A stretch of DNA of 64,000 nt from NCBI RefSeq assembly GCF_009914755.1, contig NC_060930.1; one strand, 5' to 3'. Numbering within the stretch: the stretch's first letter is position 1; each line of letters starts with the position of its first letter. Under the pieces are notes generated by a model, which was not told the origin of the DNA, did not search any database, and was given only the letters and a program-made list of their open reading frames with translations. A program made the position numbers and the translations under genes. The stretch is from the human T2T-CHM13v2.0 reference genome, Homo sapiens. Positions 52,780 through 64,000 of the stretch are shown here, one piece after another.

Positions 52780-52827
52780 GCATATATTTTATGCCATTAT
52801 CTGGGTATAATGGCATAAAATATATGC
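52780..52827. repeat. Perfect 21-bp inverted repeat with 6-nt loop
   Basis: GCATATATTTTATGCCATTAT-CTGGGT-ATAATGGCATAAAATATATGC. Confidence 0.97.
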
Positions 52828-53173
52828 TAATCATTTTTTCAACTGAATTCAAATATTATGCACATTAATATTCATATATGTTTAATATAGAAAGAAACAC
52901 AGAGAGTGAGGGAGGGAGTCCACTATGTATTAAGTACTGTGTTAGTGAGCAGACCTCCCTTAGGAACCTTATTACGGAGTACAAAGCTAGGAGAGTAAAT
53001 AAAGTATATTAAAAAATGCATACAAAAGATGACAGAATCACCATTCCAAAAGATCTTGGTGGATAAGAATCATGAATTGGATCTAACAAGATGTAACTTA
53101 AAAGTAAAAAAATCTATAGTGTTGTACTGAGCTCCCTCCAAAGCAACTATAAATTTATAGGAGATGAAACATA

Positions 53174-53180
53174 TGATTCA
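53174..53180 (+). promoter_or_regulatory. AP-1-like site (about -2386 from ATG)
   Basis: TGATTCA; position agrees with a recalled AP-1 element in the human OPRM1 promoter. Confidence 0.5.
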
Positions 53181-53387
53181 CCAGGCATAAGAAGAAAGTT
53201 TCCGTAATCAAACACTATTGTATCCATCTTTTTAAACTCCAGCTCCTATCACAGCACCTGGTCCAAAGCAGATCTTTAGTATTTGTGGAACTGGCTTGGA
53301 TTGTGTTTAGGAAATTTTGTCATTGGTAAACCTAAGGAGAGTCAAGAGAACAACGTGACCAAAAAATAAAACTAAAAAAAAAAAAAA

Positions 53388-53397
53388 GGGACTTTCA
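53388..53397 (+). promoter_or_regulatory. NF-kB site (about -2172)
   Basis: GGGACTTTCA, 9/10 to canonical GGGACTTTCC; position agrees with a recalled TNF-responsive site. Confidence 0.65.
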
Positions 53398-53689
53398 TTG
53401 TACTGGTAGAAAGACAAAGTTTATAATCTGGCTTAGTTTCTTTTTTTGTTGTTGTTTGTTTTTTGGTCAGGGCAAATTTAGGTCATTATTTTTAACACTG
53501 GAACTGTAGTTTCAGAGCAGATAGACAAACTATAATGAGAATAGATGAACAGCAAGGCCACTGAAAGGACTCAGAACTACATCTTATAAGAAACAACTGA
53601 ATGATGCTAATGTTTAACTTGCAAAAGAGAAAACTCAGTTGATTTCAAATATATGAAATATAGTGGTAAGGAGTTATCACTTATTAAGC

Positions 53690-53890
53690 AATTACTATTG
53701 CAATGTATACTCATTTAATCCTGCTAACAGACATATGAGGTGAATATTATTAGCCTACCCTCGCCTTTTTTAAGTAATGAGAAGACTGTCATCCTGTAGG
53801 GTAAAGTAACATGTCCAAACTCATACAGCTACAAAGTTACAAAGCTGATTTATAAAATGATTGACTCCAAGGTCAGGAATTATTATACTG
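53690..53890 (-). mobile_element. MIR SINE
   Basis: CTCATTTAATCCTGCTAACAGACATATGAGGTG...AAGTAACATGTCCAAACTCATACAGCTA. Confidence 0.7.
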
Positions 53891-53977
53891 TGTCTTGTCT
53901 TCCACATGAACTAAGCACAAAGGAACTGAATGCAGGCAGACAGATTTCAGCTCAATATAAGAGAATTGTTACATTAG

Positions 53978-53986
53978 TTCATGGAA
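53978..53986. promoter_or_regulatory. GAS/STAT palindrome (about -1582)
   Basis: TTCATGGAA (TTC-N3-GAA); agrees with a recalled IL-6 STAT1/3 element. Confidence 0.6.
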
Positions 53987-54563
53987 GAATATGTTTTAAG
54001 GTATTTTTGTTAGTCTCTAGGAAATCTCTGTAACATTTTATTGTGTAAATTATATGCTTTAATGTAAGAGGATAAAAATAATAGTGAACATTGGCAAAAT
54101 AGCCTATGATTAATAGAGTTTACCTATGAGTTATCTGTTTCTAAGATAAATGCCAAAAAATAATATTGGAATTAAATGTTCCTTTCAAGATCTTCCCTCC
54201 CTGCTCCCTGAAATTGCAGTGAATTTTTCAAGACCAACTGAGGACATGTATTTTCAATGTTTATGGTTAAAAGATATGTACATGCACAGATATATACATG
54301 TACAGAAATGAGAATTACTTCAGAATTGGTGTTAACTTTAGAAAAAAAAAGACCAAGAACTTACTCTTGGTATTTACAAATTTATTTCTAAAATAGAAGC
54401 ACTCATGGACTTAGAAGTAAGGTATAAAATTCAAAAACGTATCCATGTTTCTCAAGGATCTTGTTGTAGGCCACTCTAATTCCATATATTATGTGGCTTT
54501 TCCTAGAATTTTTACACTAGAAAACAGACTGAATGCAAATTTTGTTTTGTTTTAACAACCTTC

Positions 54564-54572
54564 TTCTCAGAA
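54564..54572. promoter_or_regulatory. GAS/STAT palindrome (about -996)
   Basis: TTCTCAGAA; agrees with a recalled IL-4/STAT6-responsive element. Confidence 0.6.
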
Positions 54573-55175
54573 GCATATGTCTATCGAGGAAGTCTTCAGA
54601 TAAAAAAGATAAACAATTCCAAACAGGTCTATGAGATTTAAGATGTGAAAGATCAACATTATCTTTAGTTGACTTTACTGGATGCCACAACCTTCTGATT
54701 TCTGTAACCACTTCTTATGCCTCCTACCCACTGAAACAAAATCAGAGGCAAACAGAGCTTCACCCTAGAAATTGGGGAAAATGAGGAACAGGTTTTCTGC
54801 ACAAAAGTTTATTTGTTTCTCATTTCTTTTTCAGAAAATAAAGGATCGCTGTTGTTCCCAACAGGTTTGTAGGGAAGAAAATTGGAGAAACATTATTACC
54901 TTTTCTTAGATGTTGGCAACGGAGGCAACAAGGACTGCAAAAGAAAATTGTGTGTCCCCCATTCCTAAATAATCAAAATTGGCAGTAGGGATGGAAGAGC
55001 ATTGGGGTTTTAGGGCTGTTAGGGTTTCATCAAGCCAATGTATTCCCTGCCAGATTTTAAGGAGAAAAAGGCGCTGGAAAATTGAGTGATGTTAGCCCCC
55101 TTTCTTATTTTTCACTGCTACCAAAGACTAACTCTATCTCTCTCCCCAACCCTTCTCTCCATCTCCCTCCTTTAG

Positions 55176-55320
55176 ATGTGTTTGCACAGAAGAGTGCCCA
55201 GTGAAGAGACCTACTCCTTGGATCGCTTTGCGCAAAATCCACCCCTTTTCCCTCCTCCCTCCCTTCCAGCCTCCGAATCCCGCATGGCCCACGCTCCCCT
55301 CCTGCAGCGGTGCGGGGCAG
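55176..55320 (+). CDS. OPRM1: OPRM1 exon 1c, start of the 93-aa N-terminal extension of hMOR-1i
   Basis: Acceptor CCTTTAG|ATG; MCLHRRVPSEETYSLDRFAQNPPLFPPPSLPASESRMAHAPLLQRCGA; donor CAG|GTGATG. Confidence 0.8.
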
Positions 55321-55425
55321 GTGATGAGCCTCTGTGAACTACTAAGGTGGGAGGGGGCTATACGCAGAGGAGAATGTCAGATGCTCAGCTCGGTCCCCTC
55401 CGCCTGACGCTCCTCTCTGTCTCAG

Positions 55426-55559
55426 CCAGGACTGGTTTCTGTAAGAAACAGCAGGAGCTGTGGCAGCGGCGAAAGGAAGCGGCTGAGGCGCTTGGAACCC
55501 GAAAAGTCTCGGTGCTCCTGGCTACCTCGCACAGCGGTGCCCGCCCGGCCGTCAGTACC
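55426..55559 (+). CDS. OPRM1: OPRM1 exon 1a 5' part (coding in hMOR-1i; 5' UTR in MOR-1)
   Basis: Acceptor CTCTCTGTCTCAG|CC; 145+134=279 nt = 93 codons in frame with ATG 55560 ([16 protein letters not shown]...PAVST). Confidence 0.8.
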
Positions 55560-55571
55560 ATGGACAGCAGC
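55551..55571 (+). promoter_or_regulatory. RE1/NRSE (REST site) spanning the start codon
   Basis: GTCAGTACCATGGACAGCAGC matches 16/21 of TTCAGCACCACGGACAGCGCC; a known feature of this gene. Confidence 0.8.
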
Positions 55572-55849
55572 GCTGCCCCCACGAACGCCAGCAATTGCAC
55601 TGATGCCTTGGCGTACTCAAGTTGCTCCCCAGCACCCAGCCCCGGTTCCTGGGTCAACTTGTCCCACTTAGATGGCGACCTGTCCGACCCATGCGGTCCG
55701 AACCGCACCGACCTGGGCGGGAGAGACAGCCTGTGCCCTCCGACCGGCAGTCCCTCCATGATCACGGCCATCACGATCATGGCCCTCTACTCCATCGTGT
55801 GCGTGGTGGGGCTCTTCGGAAACTTCCTGGTCATGTATGTGATTGTCAG
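55560..55849 (+). CDS. OPRM1: Mu-type opioid receptor, coding exon 1 (N-terminus and TM1; c.1-290), 118G/Asp40 allele
   Basis: [97 protein letters not shown]; Kozak ACCATGG; donor CAG|GTAAGG; the remaining exons lie beyond the window. Confidence 0.99.
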
Positions 55850-58800
55850 GTAAGGAAAGCGCCAGGGCTCCGAGCGGAGGGTTCAGCGGCTTAAGGGGGT
55901 ACAAAGAGACACCTAACTCCCAAGGCTCAATGTTGGGCGGGAGGATGAAAGAGGGGAGGTAAACTGGGGGGACTCTGGAGGAGACCACGGACAGTGATTG
56001 TTATTTCTATGAGAAAACCTACTTTTCTGTTTTTTCTTCAACTGATAAAGAAAGAATTCAAAATTTCAGGAGCAGAGAAGTTGCTTTGGTAAAAGCTACA
56101 AATGTCTAGGGGTGGGGGGCGGAGGGAAGCTATAGCATAGACTTGGAGCGCTTCCTTATACTGAGCAAAGAGGGCTCTTGGCAGAGTCCTACACTCAGTC
56201 CCTCTGCAGGAGCTATGGAAAGAGTAAGTTGTGAATAATGGGAGAGAAATTCTAGTTAGCTTTCCCAAATTTGGTTGGGGCCGGTGTGTGTGTGTGTGGC
56301 GGGGGGAGCAGTCTCAAGTCTTCTCAATTGTTTTGAGATGGACCTTGGCAACTTTCCTACTCCTGCTGGTTTAGTACTTCCCTGTACCACAACCCCACCC
56401 TTTCTTCTCCCCTGCCATAGCAGCCCTTACCCAACTCTTCCTTTCATCCTGAGGCAACACTAGGTAGAGGAAGTTTTCCTAGCATCTCTCCATGACAGTT
56501 TTCCTCTGTTATAACAAACATGACAAATGTGTTGCCTAGACCAGTTTGCCGTTAGTAGCTTCAGATCGCCTAAGTCACAAACTGCATCTGGAATGGGTAG
56601 GTTGGTTCAGGAGAACCGCAGGACATGGCTGTATTTCATTGCCTTCACAAGTTGGAGCTAATTAGGAGTGACCAAAAGCATCATAATTCCACATTAGAAA
56701 CTGCAGAAACTCTTATACAGGAAGTTGTGATGGGTGCTCTAGACAAAGTGTTCTTATCAAGTAAAATTAATTCAAAAGAGTTGTAGTCCACTTTCTGTTT
56801 ACCCAGATGTTCCCGGTATATTTGGCAGAGTGTGGAAGCTCTCAGTATTGACTGAGATTGATATTGATTGTGTTGGTGTTGATGTGTATATTCAAATACT
56901 ACATGTGAATGTGAAATGCCATATATCTGTTTTTGTTAAAGAAGATAAATATTTTAACACTTTAAAATAGTTCCTAATTCGAGGGTTTTTTTTTTTAACC
57001 AGGGGTATGTGTATATAGGGAACATGGCATTTTCATATTTAGTTACAATGTTTGTTTCACCTATTCAGCAAGTATTGCAGGTTTCAGCGGAGCTCTTAAA
57101 TCATTTAAGAATTGCTCTCTCCAGTATGCTTTCATTACCCAGGTGCTGCAAATTGCTTATAAGCAATTCTTTCTACTCATCTGTCTGATTTCTTTAATTA
57201 ATGATTTTTAAAGAGTAAAGCTAATTTCCCTGATCTTTTGATGAGGAATAAGATAAGTATTGTCTGTAAGAAAAGAGCACCATCTATTGAGAGGAAGGCT
57301 AACAACAGAAGGAAAAATGCAAGAAGATCGATGGAAGTATTTATTTTTAAAAACATTTACTTTAAGTAATTCAATACAATGATTCACATTGAAGATTAAA
57401 AACCAAGTTTAATTTTGCAGTTATGACAATAAAAGTTATAATTAAAGGCCTGTTTTGTGAAGGGAAAATATGTTTCTCATTTTTTCTAAAAGAAATTCAT
57501 AGAATCATAAACTAATCAAGCTAGAAGGGACTCTAGAGATTATCTATGCTAAGTAAATAAACTGAGGCACAGAAAATGTAAATTATTTTCTCTAAGAACA
57601 GATAGTTCATTAATTCAGTGCCACTAAATCTCTCCTAGCTAACATATTTTTTTTTTTTATTGTGCTGGCAAATCATGATTTGAGTTAATTCGACTATTAG
57701 GTTGACAGAGTGGGTTGATATAGCAATAATAACTTGGGAATAACAAATTATCCCCAAATTCTATGTGAAATCCTGAAGGAAAAAAGCATGAAACAAAAAT
57801 ACCAAAGCATCTAGGAATCCTGCCATCTGAAACATAATATTTTATTCCCTTTTATTGCTTCTTGATATTTTCCTTCCTCATTTTTCTACCCTTTAGTTTA
57901 TGCTTTGCAATACAGAGAGAGCCAATAGAGTGGCAACTGGCTGTGAAATGAGCAGATTGGTCTTATTCCAGTGTAGAAGAGGTTGCTGGTTGGGTGAGTT
58001 AGTTTTAAAGGCATTACCTCTGGCCTCTTGTTGACTTGGAGAAACATGGTGACGGTGCATCTTACTGAGAACATGTTATTATGCTTTATTCTCGGTACTG
58101 AAAGTTCTTACAAAATGCAGTACTATTTGAAAGGTCATCCCAAACACCCACCTGTGGCAGGCTGGGTTTTAATCGCAGGGTTAGGTAACCCTCTTGGAAT
58201 GTGACTGTGAAACAGAAAAATGGGCAAGTTAGTGACAGATGAAGCGACAGGGAAAGCATCTGGGGACTGAAGCAAGTATGTCTATTTAGCTGAGAACATT
58301 TAACTGACTGTCTCCAGGCTGCGGTGTTTAAACTACAAAATGATCAGTTCAGGGATGTATTGTCCTTGCTAAAATGCTGGATATAATGTTGCATCTATTA
58401 AGTATTGAGGAGAAATGTTCACTTCCTTCCCTATTTAAAATTCAACAAATGCTATTGAATGATCAAGTAGTTGCAGTTTTCTGATTATATTAAGGTAATA
58501 TTTATTAAAATGTTTTAGTACATTGAGTGAATCATGAGGCTCAGATGACTATGGCAACAACAACAACAAAAATAACTGCTAACATGGACGCTGTGATTAA
58601 CTCTTTGGTTCTGTTTGTAACACCATCATCATCATCCCCTCATCAACAACATTATTAAGTAGTATAACTTAAATGAGATTCTTAAACAGGGCTACTCTAA
58701 GGAATACAAGGGAGGAAAGGAGAAACTGTAATATGTTCTAAAGATTTTAAGTCCAGATGTTAAGTGATAAAAATGTTATCAGTAACCATCACCTGAAAGC

Positions 58801-59534
58801 TTTTTTGGTTTTAAAGAAAAATAATGCTTGGAGAATAACCTTATGAAAATTATCACAAAGATTTTAGAAAATGTGATGAAAATACTACAAACAGTAGCAA
58901 TCACTTAAAATGGGATGATAGTATTTCATTGTCAAGAACTGTAAAGAAAAAAAATCAAAACAAAAAGTAACAGCCACCAGAGATGTTTCACTTTTGGGAA
59001 AATATTTAATAACTGAACCAGACTATAGAATTACCCATAACTGCAAAAACTAATATAATCCCAGATGTGTTTATGTTGGGAAATTCTTTTTCCAAGGTTT
59101 GTTCATGTAGCTATGAACATGGTATGTACAGACACTGTTGAAAAGTGGAGGGCTAGAAACTTTGAGATTTCTGTGGGCTGCGTAAACCATCCTTCCAGTA
59201 AATTTCCAATGAAGAGTGCCAAGTAATAGTACCTTCATTTTTAAGATTATTTCTTAATGTGGTTAGATAAATTCTCAATATAACTAATTATCAGAGAAGA
59301 GCATTTAAATACGTGCAAGATGTTATTGTCATTTCTCCTTCCTAACAAGTATTTCTGATTTTAGAAAAAGTCCTGTGAGCTTATACTTGTTCTATATACT
59401 AAATATTTGATTCAGGTTTAAATTTAAAAATGATCAGTTATACTTGATTGAAACAGAAGTATAAGCTTTTAAACTTAATCTAGATTCAGGTAGCTACAAA
59501 TTAGTGAACAATAATGTTTTATCTAATATAAGGA

Positions 59535-59592
59535 TATATATGTGTGTGTGTGTATATATATATATATATAAATTCACACACACACATACATA
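59535..59592 (+). repeat. Compound (TA)/(TG)/(CA) microsatellite
   Basis: Direct inspection. Confidence 0.9.
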
Positions 59593-60114
59593 TTTGAATC
59601 AATTTGAATGCATGTCACTAAATATGATCATTAGTAATTTTCATAAAATAAAAAGATAATAGTTTATTTACTCAAATATTAATAAAATTCACTTTTCTAA
59701 AACCCACAAAATATCCTAATTAGAGGATGGATTTAAAGTGAAAAACACTAAATAAAATTCAGTTCTCAATTTAATGGCTTACATTAAAAAATACTAACTT
59801 AATTGCATGCCTTTCACTTAGTAAGGGAGAGCTCCTGGTACCTATTACAATTTGAACTTTAAGTGCTATTTTCCATATAGAAACTAATTCAGAGGAGAAC
59901 AACTCTTCTTCTGTGTCTTCTAAACACACTAAATTGCTTTTCCTTTCCTTGGTTGTAAGCTGTGTCTTTGTCATTTGCATGACATTACCAATCAACGAGT
60001 TTCCTATATTCTTCTCTCTCTCTTTTCTTTCTTGAAAGAATGACCTATCTGATATTTTATGAAACATCTCCAAAGATAAAAAATATATAATTACAGAACA
60101 ATTCTTCTCTTAAA

Positions 60115-60161
60115 GGATGGATGGATAGATAGATAGAGAGAGAGAGAGAGAGATAGACAGA
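60115..60161 (+). repeat. Compound (GGAT)/(AGAT)/(AG) microsatellite
   Basis: Direct inspection. Confidence 0.9.
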
Positions 60162-60957
60162 CTGAAACAGTTGAAGTCTCTTCTCTGCTCCTAATACCCT
60201 CCTGTCACTGAGACTACCACTATCATAAATTTAGTGGTGAGTTATTCACATGCATGTTTTTAAACATTTACTACATATGGAAACACATATATATATAGTA
60301 AACATATGGAAACACACATACATAGTAAATGTTTTTGTATGTTCTCATAACTTTTTATAATTGGTACCATATCATATGTTTAAGCTTAAACACATAATTT
60401 CCCTAATTACTCCAAGTTGTTATAGTTCCAGTAGGCCAATGCTAGAAAATAGATGTCAAATAAAACCAACAAACATAAAAGAAAACAAACAAACATTCGG
60501 GCCATTAACTCTTCTGAGTACTTTTAACTGATCTTATTTTTTTTTAAATGTGTTAAAAATTATTTGTAAAAATTTATTTGCAAGCATTTTTCTAAGCTAA
60601 TTGTTTTAATTAATATTTAGGTATAATACTCAGAAAAAAACCTCAGCTACTGCTGCAAAAAAAATAAATCGGTTAATAAATTTAAATAAAGCATAATTTC
60701 TCTACTGCTAAGAAGAAAATACAAATAATTAATTGGTGTCTGTAGGTATTCAAATAATAAATGCTGACAATATTTACTTTGAGATTTTGAACATCTAATA
60801 GGATCTCTTACATATAAAAGTTGAAAATATTATTTCTCCTAGGATTCCGTTTAAGGCAGTAGTTGAAACAGATATTTTAAGGTCAGATGCAAGAAAAAAT
60901 AAGCTCATTTTGAGAAATAACATACAACTATATGAGATTTAAAAATGTACTAGTGGT

Positions 60958-61267
60958 GGTCAGGCACTGTAGCTCTTACTTACAATGCCAGCGCTTTGGG
61001 AGGCTGAGGCAGGTGGATCACCTGAGGTCAGGAGTTTGAGACCAGTCTGGGCAACATGGTGAAATGCTGTGTCTACTAAAAATAAAAAAAATTAGCCAGA
61101 CTGGGTGGCGCATGCTTGTAATCCCAACTACTGGGGAGGCTGAGGCACAAGAATTTCTTGTACCCAGAGGCAAAGGCTGCAGCGAGCCGAGATCGCACCA
61201 CTGCACTCCAGCCTGTGCAACACAGTGGGACTCCGACTCAAACAAAAAAAATAAATTAAAAAAAAAA
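60958..61267 (+). mobile_element. Alu (Sz/Jb-like) with TSD
   Basis: AAAATGTACTAGTGGT before and AAAAAGTACTAGGGGT after. Confidence 0.92.
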
Positions 61268-63450
61268 GTACTAGGGGTAAATACCAAGACTAAATGGTGC
61301 ATGTCATTTTAAAATACAAGAATTCCAAGTCTTTAGTCCTCACTAAGTTTAATGTTTATCTGACTGAAATAATTATCTGTGACAGCAGTCTTCAAACTTG
61401 TTTTTAGATGTAGACACTTATTTCAAGAACTTGGGACCCAATATATAAAACAGATCACAGAACAACTGTCCAGATGTAACCACATGTTGAGACCAAGAGC
61501 ACTGCTCACCTTGCACCCCCATGCCACCCACCAGTGCTGTCCCCAAGGGACCACCATAGAATTTCTAGGGCTCCACCAGGCAAAATTTGAAAGCAATGGC
61601 TTTCACGTTGTTTCATATCCTTCTCGTGCCCACCTCATGTCCTTCACCTCGCCTTCTACCTCAGCCGTTGATATGGCAGTCAGTTTCCAGACATAACTGA
61701 GTAACACTTCACCTTGGCTGCATCTAAATCACTTACTTTCTGCCCTAGGGCTTCTCTACTGGAGTAATTGCCCTCCATAGGAATCAGCCTGGCACTCACA
61801 AAGGCACTATTTGGAAGTTCAGGAAAGTTCCCTTGACCAGGAAATGGAAGCCTGTGGAAAAATGCTGCCCTTGCTCCCCTCTCTCCTGAGGTGTACAATT
61901 CTGAGGTGCCAACTACAAGGCACATCAGAAGGCCCCGCCCACATTGTGACCGTCTCAAAAACATGCCTCGTTTTCCTCTTCCCTGGTTTACTCTTCTAGT
62001 TTCCCACTCCTTGCCAAGCAACCACTTTTCAAAATGGTTCACCTTCACACAAGGTCGTATCTCACACTCTGCTGAATATCCTTCCTGTTATTTTATAATT
62101 GGTGACTATACGTTAGCACAGTAAAATCTGTTTAATAAATAGAGCTCTTACAGACCTATCAATAAAGGTTTTCTCTTAACTATCAAAAACTCGTAAGAAA
62201 AATTCTGATAGGCAGCACCAGTTAGAACTACCAAGAGAGTTCAGAAGCTAAGCTTTTCCTTCCATTTTTGTTCCTGCCTTGGGATTTAGGAAAGGCTTTT
62301 TTGGGTAGGTTTGGCTGAATGGAGAGAGAGTGGGCACCAGTCATGTCCAGTGTTCAGTTTACTTCTTCTTGAGCTCAGGATAATAGGAGCAGAATTGTGT
62401 GTGCCATGTAAAGGAAATAAAGCCTCCTGTGCCTTCTGGCAAATTATCTGAGGGTATAAGAAAACAAACAAACAAAAAATCCTGCCACTCCCTTTTCCAT
62501 TAATTTCATGTTATATAGTAACGTTAAGAGTATCTTGTGATTAATTGAGCTCAAGAAAATTTCAGTCTTCAAAAGTGAGCTGAAGCATCAAATGCAGGAA
62601 ACGTCATATACAACAAGCATCATATACTGAGCTTACCAAGCAACTCCTTTCTTTACCCATCCTTTCTTGCCTCAGGTAACTTTTTTTCTTTCCCCATCAA
62701 TTTCTCAGATACAAATTTAGAAAGGAAGAACAGCAAGGAAGAGAAACCTTGCCCTGGCTCAGGGCCCCAAGTGTCAGTTGTGGCTCGACTTCAAGGCACT
62801 CTGCGCCTCACTCTCCTTATCTGTAAAAAGGTGCGAATTGGACTAAAAAAATCTTAAACGCTTTCTAGTACTAAAATGTCCTATGGCAACTTCAATGACT
62901 ATTAAGAGCATGTTTTTCCCAGCAATACAATCTGGAGGAAAAGAGGAATCATCCACAAAACTAAACAATCGTGGTTGCCATTCCATCACAGCCCTTTGGA
63001 TTCTATATAAGCTCAAATAGGTTCTGTCAAAGGGAGAAAGAGTGAGTGTGCTCTGAACTGCCAGGTGTGGTGTTTATGATTAGGACAATAAGGGAAACAG
63101 AAAGTTACAGTCAAGCCTTTATTCATATGCTTCGAGAGTACAGGCAAGTGGTTAAGTGGGAAAAGGTGCAACCCCATCATGTTTCATTCCCCCCACCCCC
63201 ACCCCACAGAAGCCACCAGGTGAGCATCACATGTTTGAGCAGAAATGCAGGAAGGAGAGGGAAAAGTCATCTTCTTACTGCACTGGGAGGCCCAAGCAAA
63301 AGGTCCTGCTGTTTTGTGTACCTGAGGGCCTGGGTGCAAGATGGGGAAAGACAAGGAATGAAAAACAGTGAGTCAGAGTATGTGCTGCCTCCTTAAGGGT
63401 TAGGAACGCATAACCTAAAAGCGTGACTGGCAAAGGTGGAGCGTGGGCAA

Positions 63451-63453
<3 letters not shown>

Positions 63454-63490
<37 letters not shown>
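63454..63490 (+). repeat. (CT)n microsatellite
   Basis: Direct inspection. Confidence 0.9.
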
Positions 63491-63493
<3 letters not shown>

Positions 63494-63795
63494 TCTGTTT
63501 AATTTTTAGGAGATGGTTTTAATATTTGCCTTTAGGTATTAGTCCTATCCTGGATGTTGTATTCCAAATCTGATGCAAAGAGGTTCCACCAAATCTAATC
63601 AAGTGAACTTTCGTAAACCAATGGATAGGGCTTTCCCATAAGATGAAGTGTGTGATGGGTTTAAATGAGAGAGAGATCATTCTGTTCTGGATATGTGTCT
63701 GTCCAGGCAAAAATGTTGTTAAGTACAATTTTTGTTTGTTTGTTTTTTGTTTGTTTTAAATAATATGTTAGCTTATGCACTGTATGTAAGTAGGT

Positions 63796-64000
63796 GTCTT
63801 CGTGTGTTCAGGCTGCTATAACAAAGTACCATAGCCTGGGTGGCTTACAAACTACAGAAATTTACTCTTACAGTGCTGGAGGCTTGAGGAGTTCATGATG
63901 AAAGCACCAGCAGATTCTGCATTTGCTGAGGACCTTCTTGCAGAGACAACTAACTTCTCCCCATTTCTCCACAAGGCAAAGAGGCAAGGAAGCTCTCTAG
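63796..64000 (-). mobile_element. MLT1A/MST-like MaLR LTR (runs off the window)
   Basis: TTCAGGCTGCTATAACAAAGTACCATAGCCTGGGTGGCTTA...CAGAAATTTA. Confidence 0.8.

Larger units (their letters stand above)
55130..55950 (+). promoter_or_regulatory. OPRM1: OPRM1 E1 proximal promoter / CpG island (TATA-less, polypyrimidine tracts, GC boxes)
   Basis: The only CpG-dense non-repeat region in the window; C/T tracts at about 55130-55173 and 55240-55270. Confidence 0.85.
55850..64000 (+). other. OPRM1: OPRM1 intron 1 (partial)
   Basis: Begins GTAAGG; no exon 2 sequence (YTKMKTATN) is present in the window. Confidence 0.95.

Noticed and set aside
52780-52827. Hairpin as a pre-miRNA or MITE
   Set aside because: The stem is short and AT-rich with no TSD or transposon termini, and local template switching explains it fully.
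55347-55559. ORF-track start at 55347 for OPRM1
   Set aside because: It is a GTG called by the ORF finder. The canonical start is ATG 55560, and the TAA at 55851-55853 is intronic.
55385-55988. Antisense and alternative-frame ORFs over exon 1
   Set aside because: Expected shadow ORFs in a GC-rich coding exon, with no independent support.
61380-62050. ORFs of 105-122 aa in intron 1 as alternative OPRM1 exons
   Set aside because: No recognisable OPRM1 isoform sequence or clear splice signals; probably decayed repeats.

Overview
This is human genomic DNA: the 5' part of the mu-opioid receptor gene OPRM1 on the + strand. It contains upstream exon 11 (11a coding MMRAKSISTKAGKPSR at 26528-26574; 11b ending near 27033), the TATA-less CpG-island E1 promoter, exon 1c (55176-55320), exon 1a and the main coding exon 1 (ATG 55560, donor after 55849), then about 8 kb of intron 1. 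The haplotype carries c.118G (Asn40Asp, rs1799971) at 55677. Most of the rest is interspersed repeat: about 14 Alus or Alu fragments, two large L1MA-type elements, older L1, L2 and MIR, LTRs (MLT1, MLT2, THE1, MER52, MER67) and DNA transposons (Tigger2, Charlie2, Ricksha). I found no RNA gene, CRISPR array or new protein-coding system, and almost all ORF-track entries are repeat artefacts. The best unexplained structures are rearrangement footprints. (1) A 3.3-kb poly(A)-tailed block containing an older L1MC and a GC-rich unique end is nested inside a younger, TSD-flanked L1MA (35197-38453). (2) A ~420-bp copy of intron-1 sequence plus its Alu lies 41.5 kb upstream at a deletion junction (19346-19760 vs 60844-61267). 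(3) There are several small templated insertions, tandem duplications and a perfect 21-bp hairpin. Repeat subfamily calls and literature-based site calls come from recall of consensus sequences and were not run through any search.
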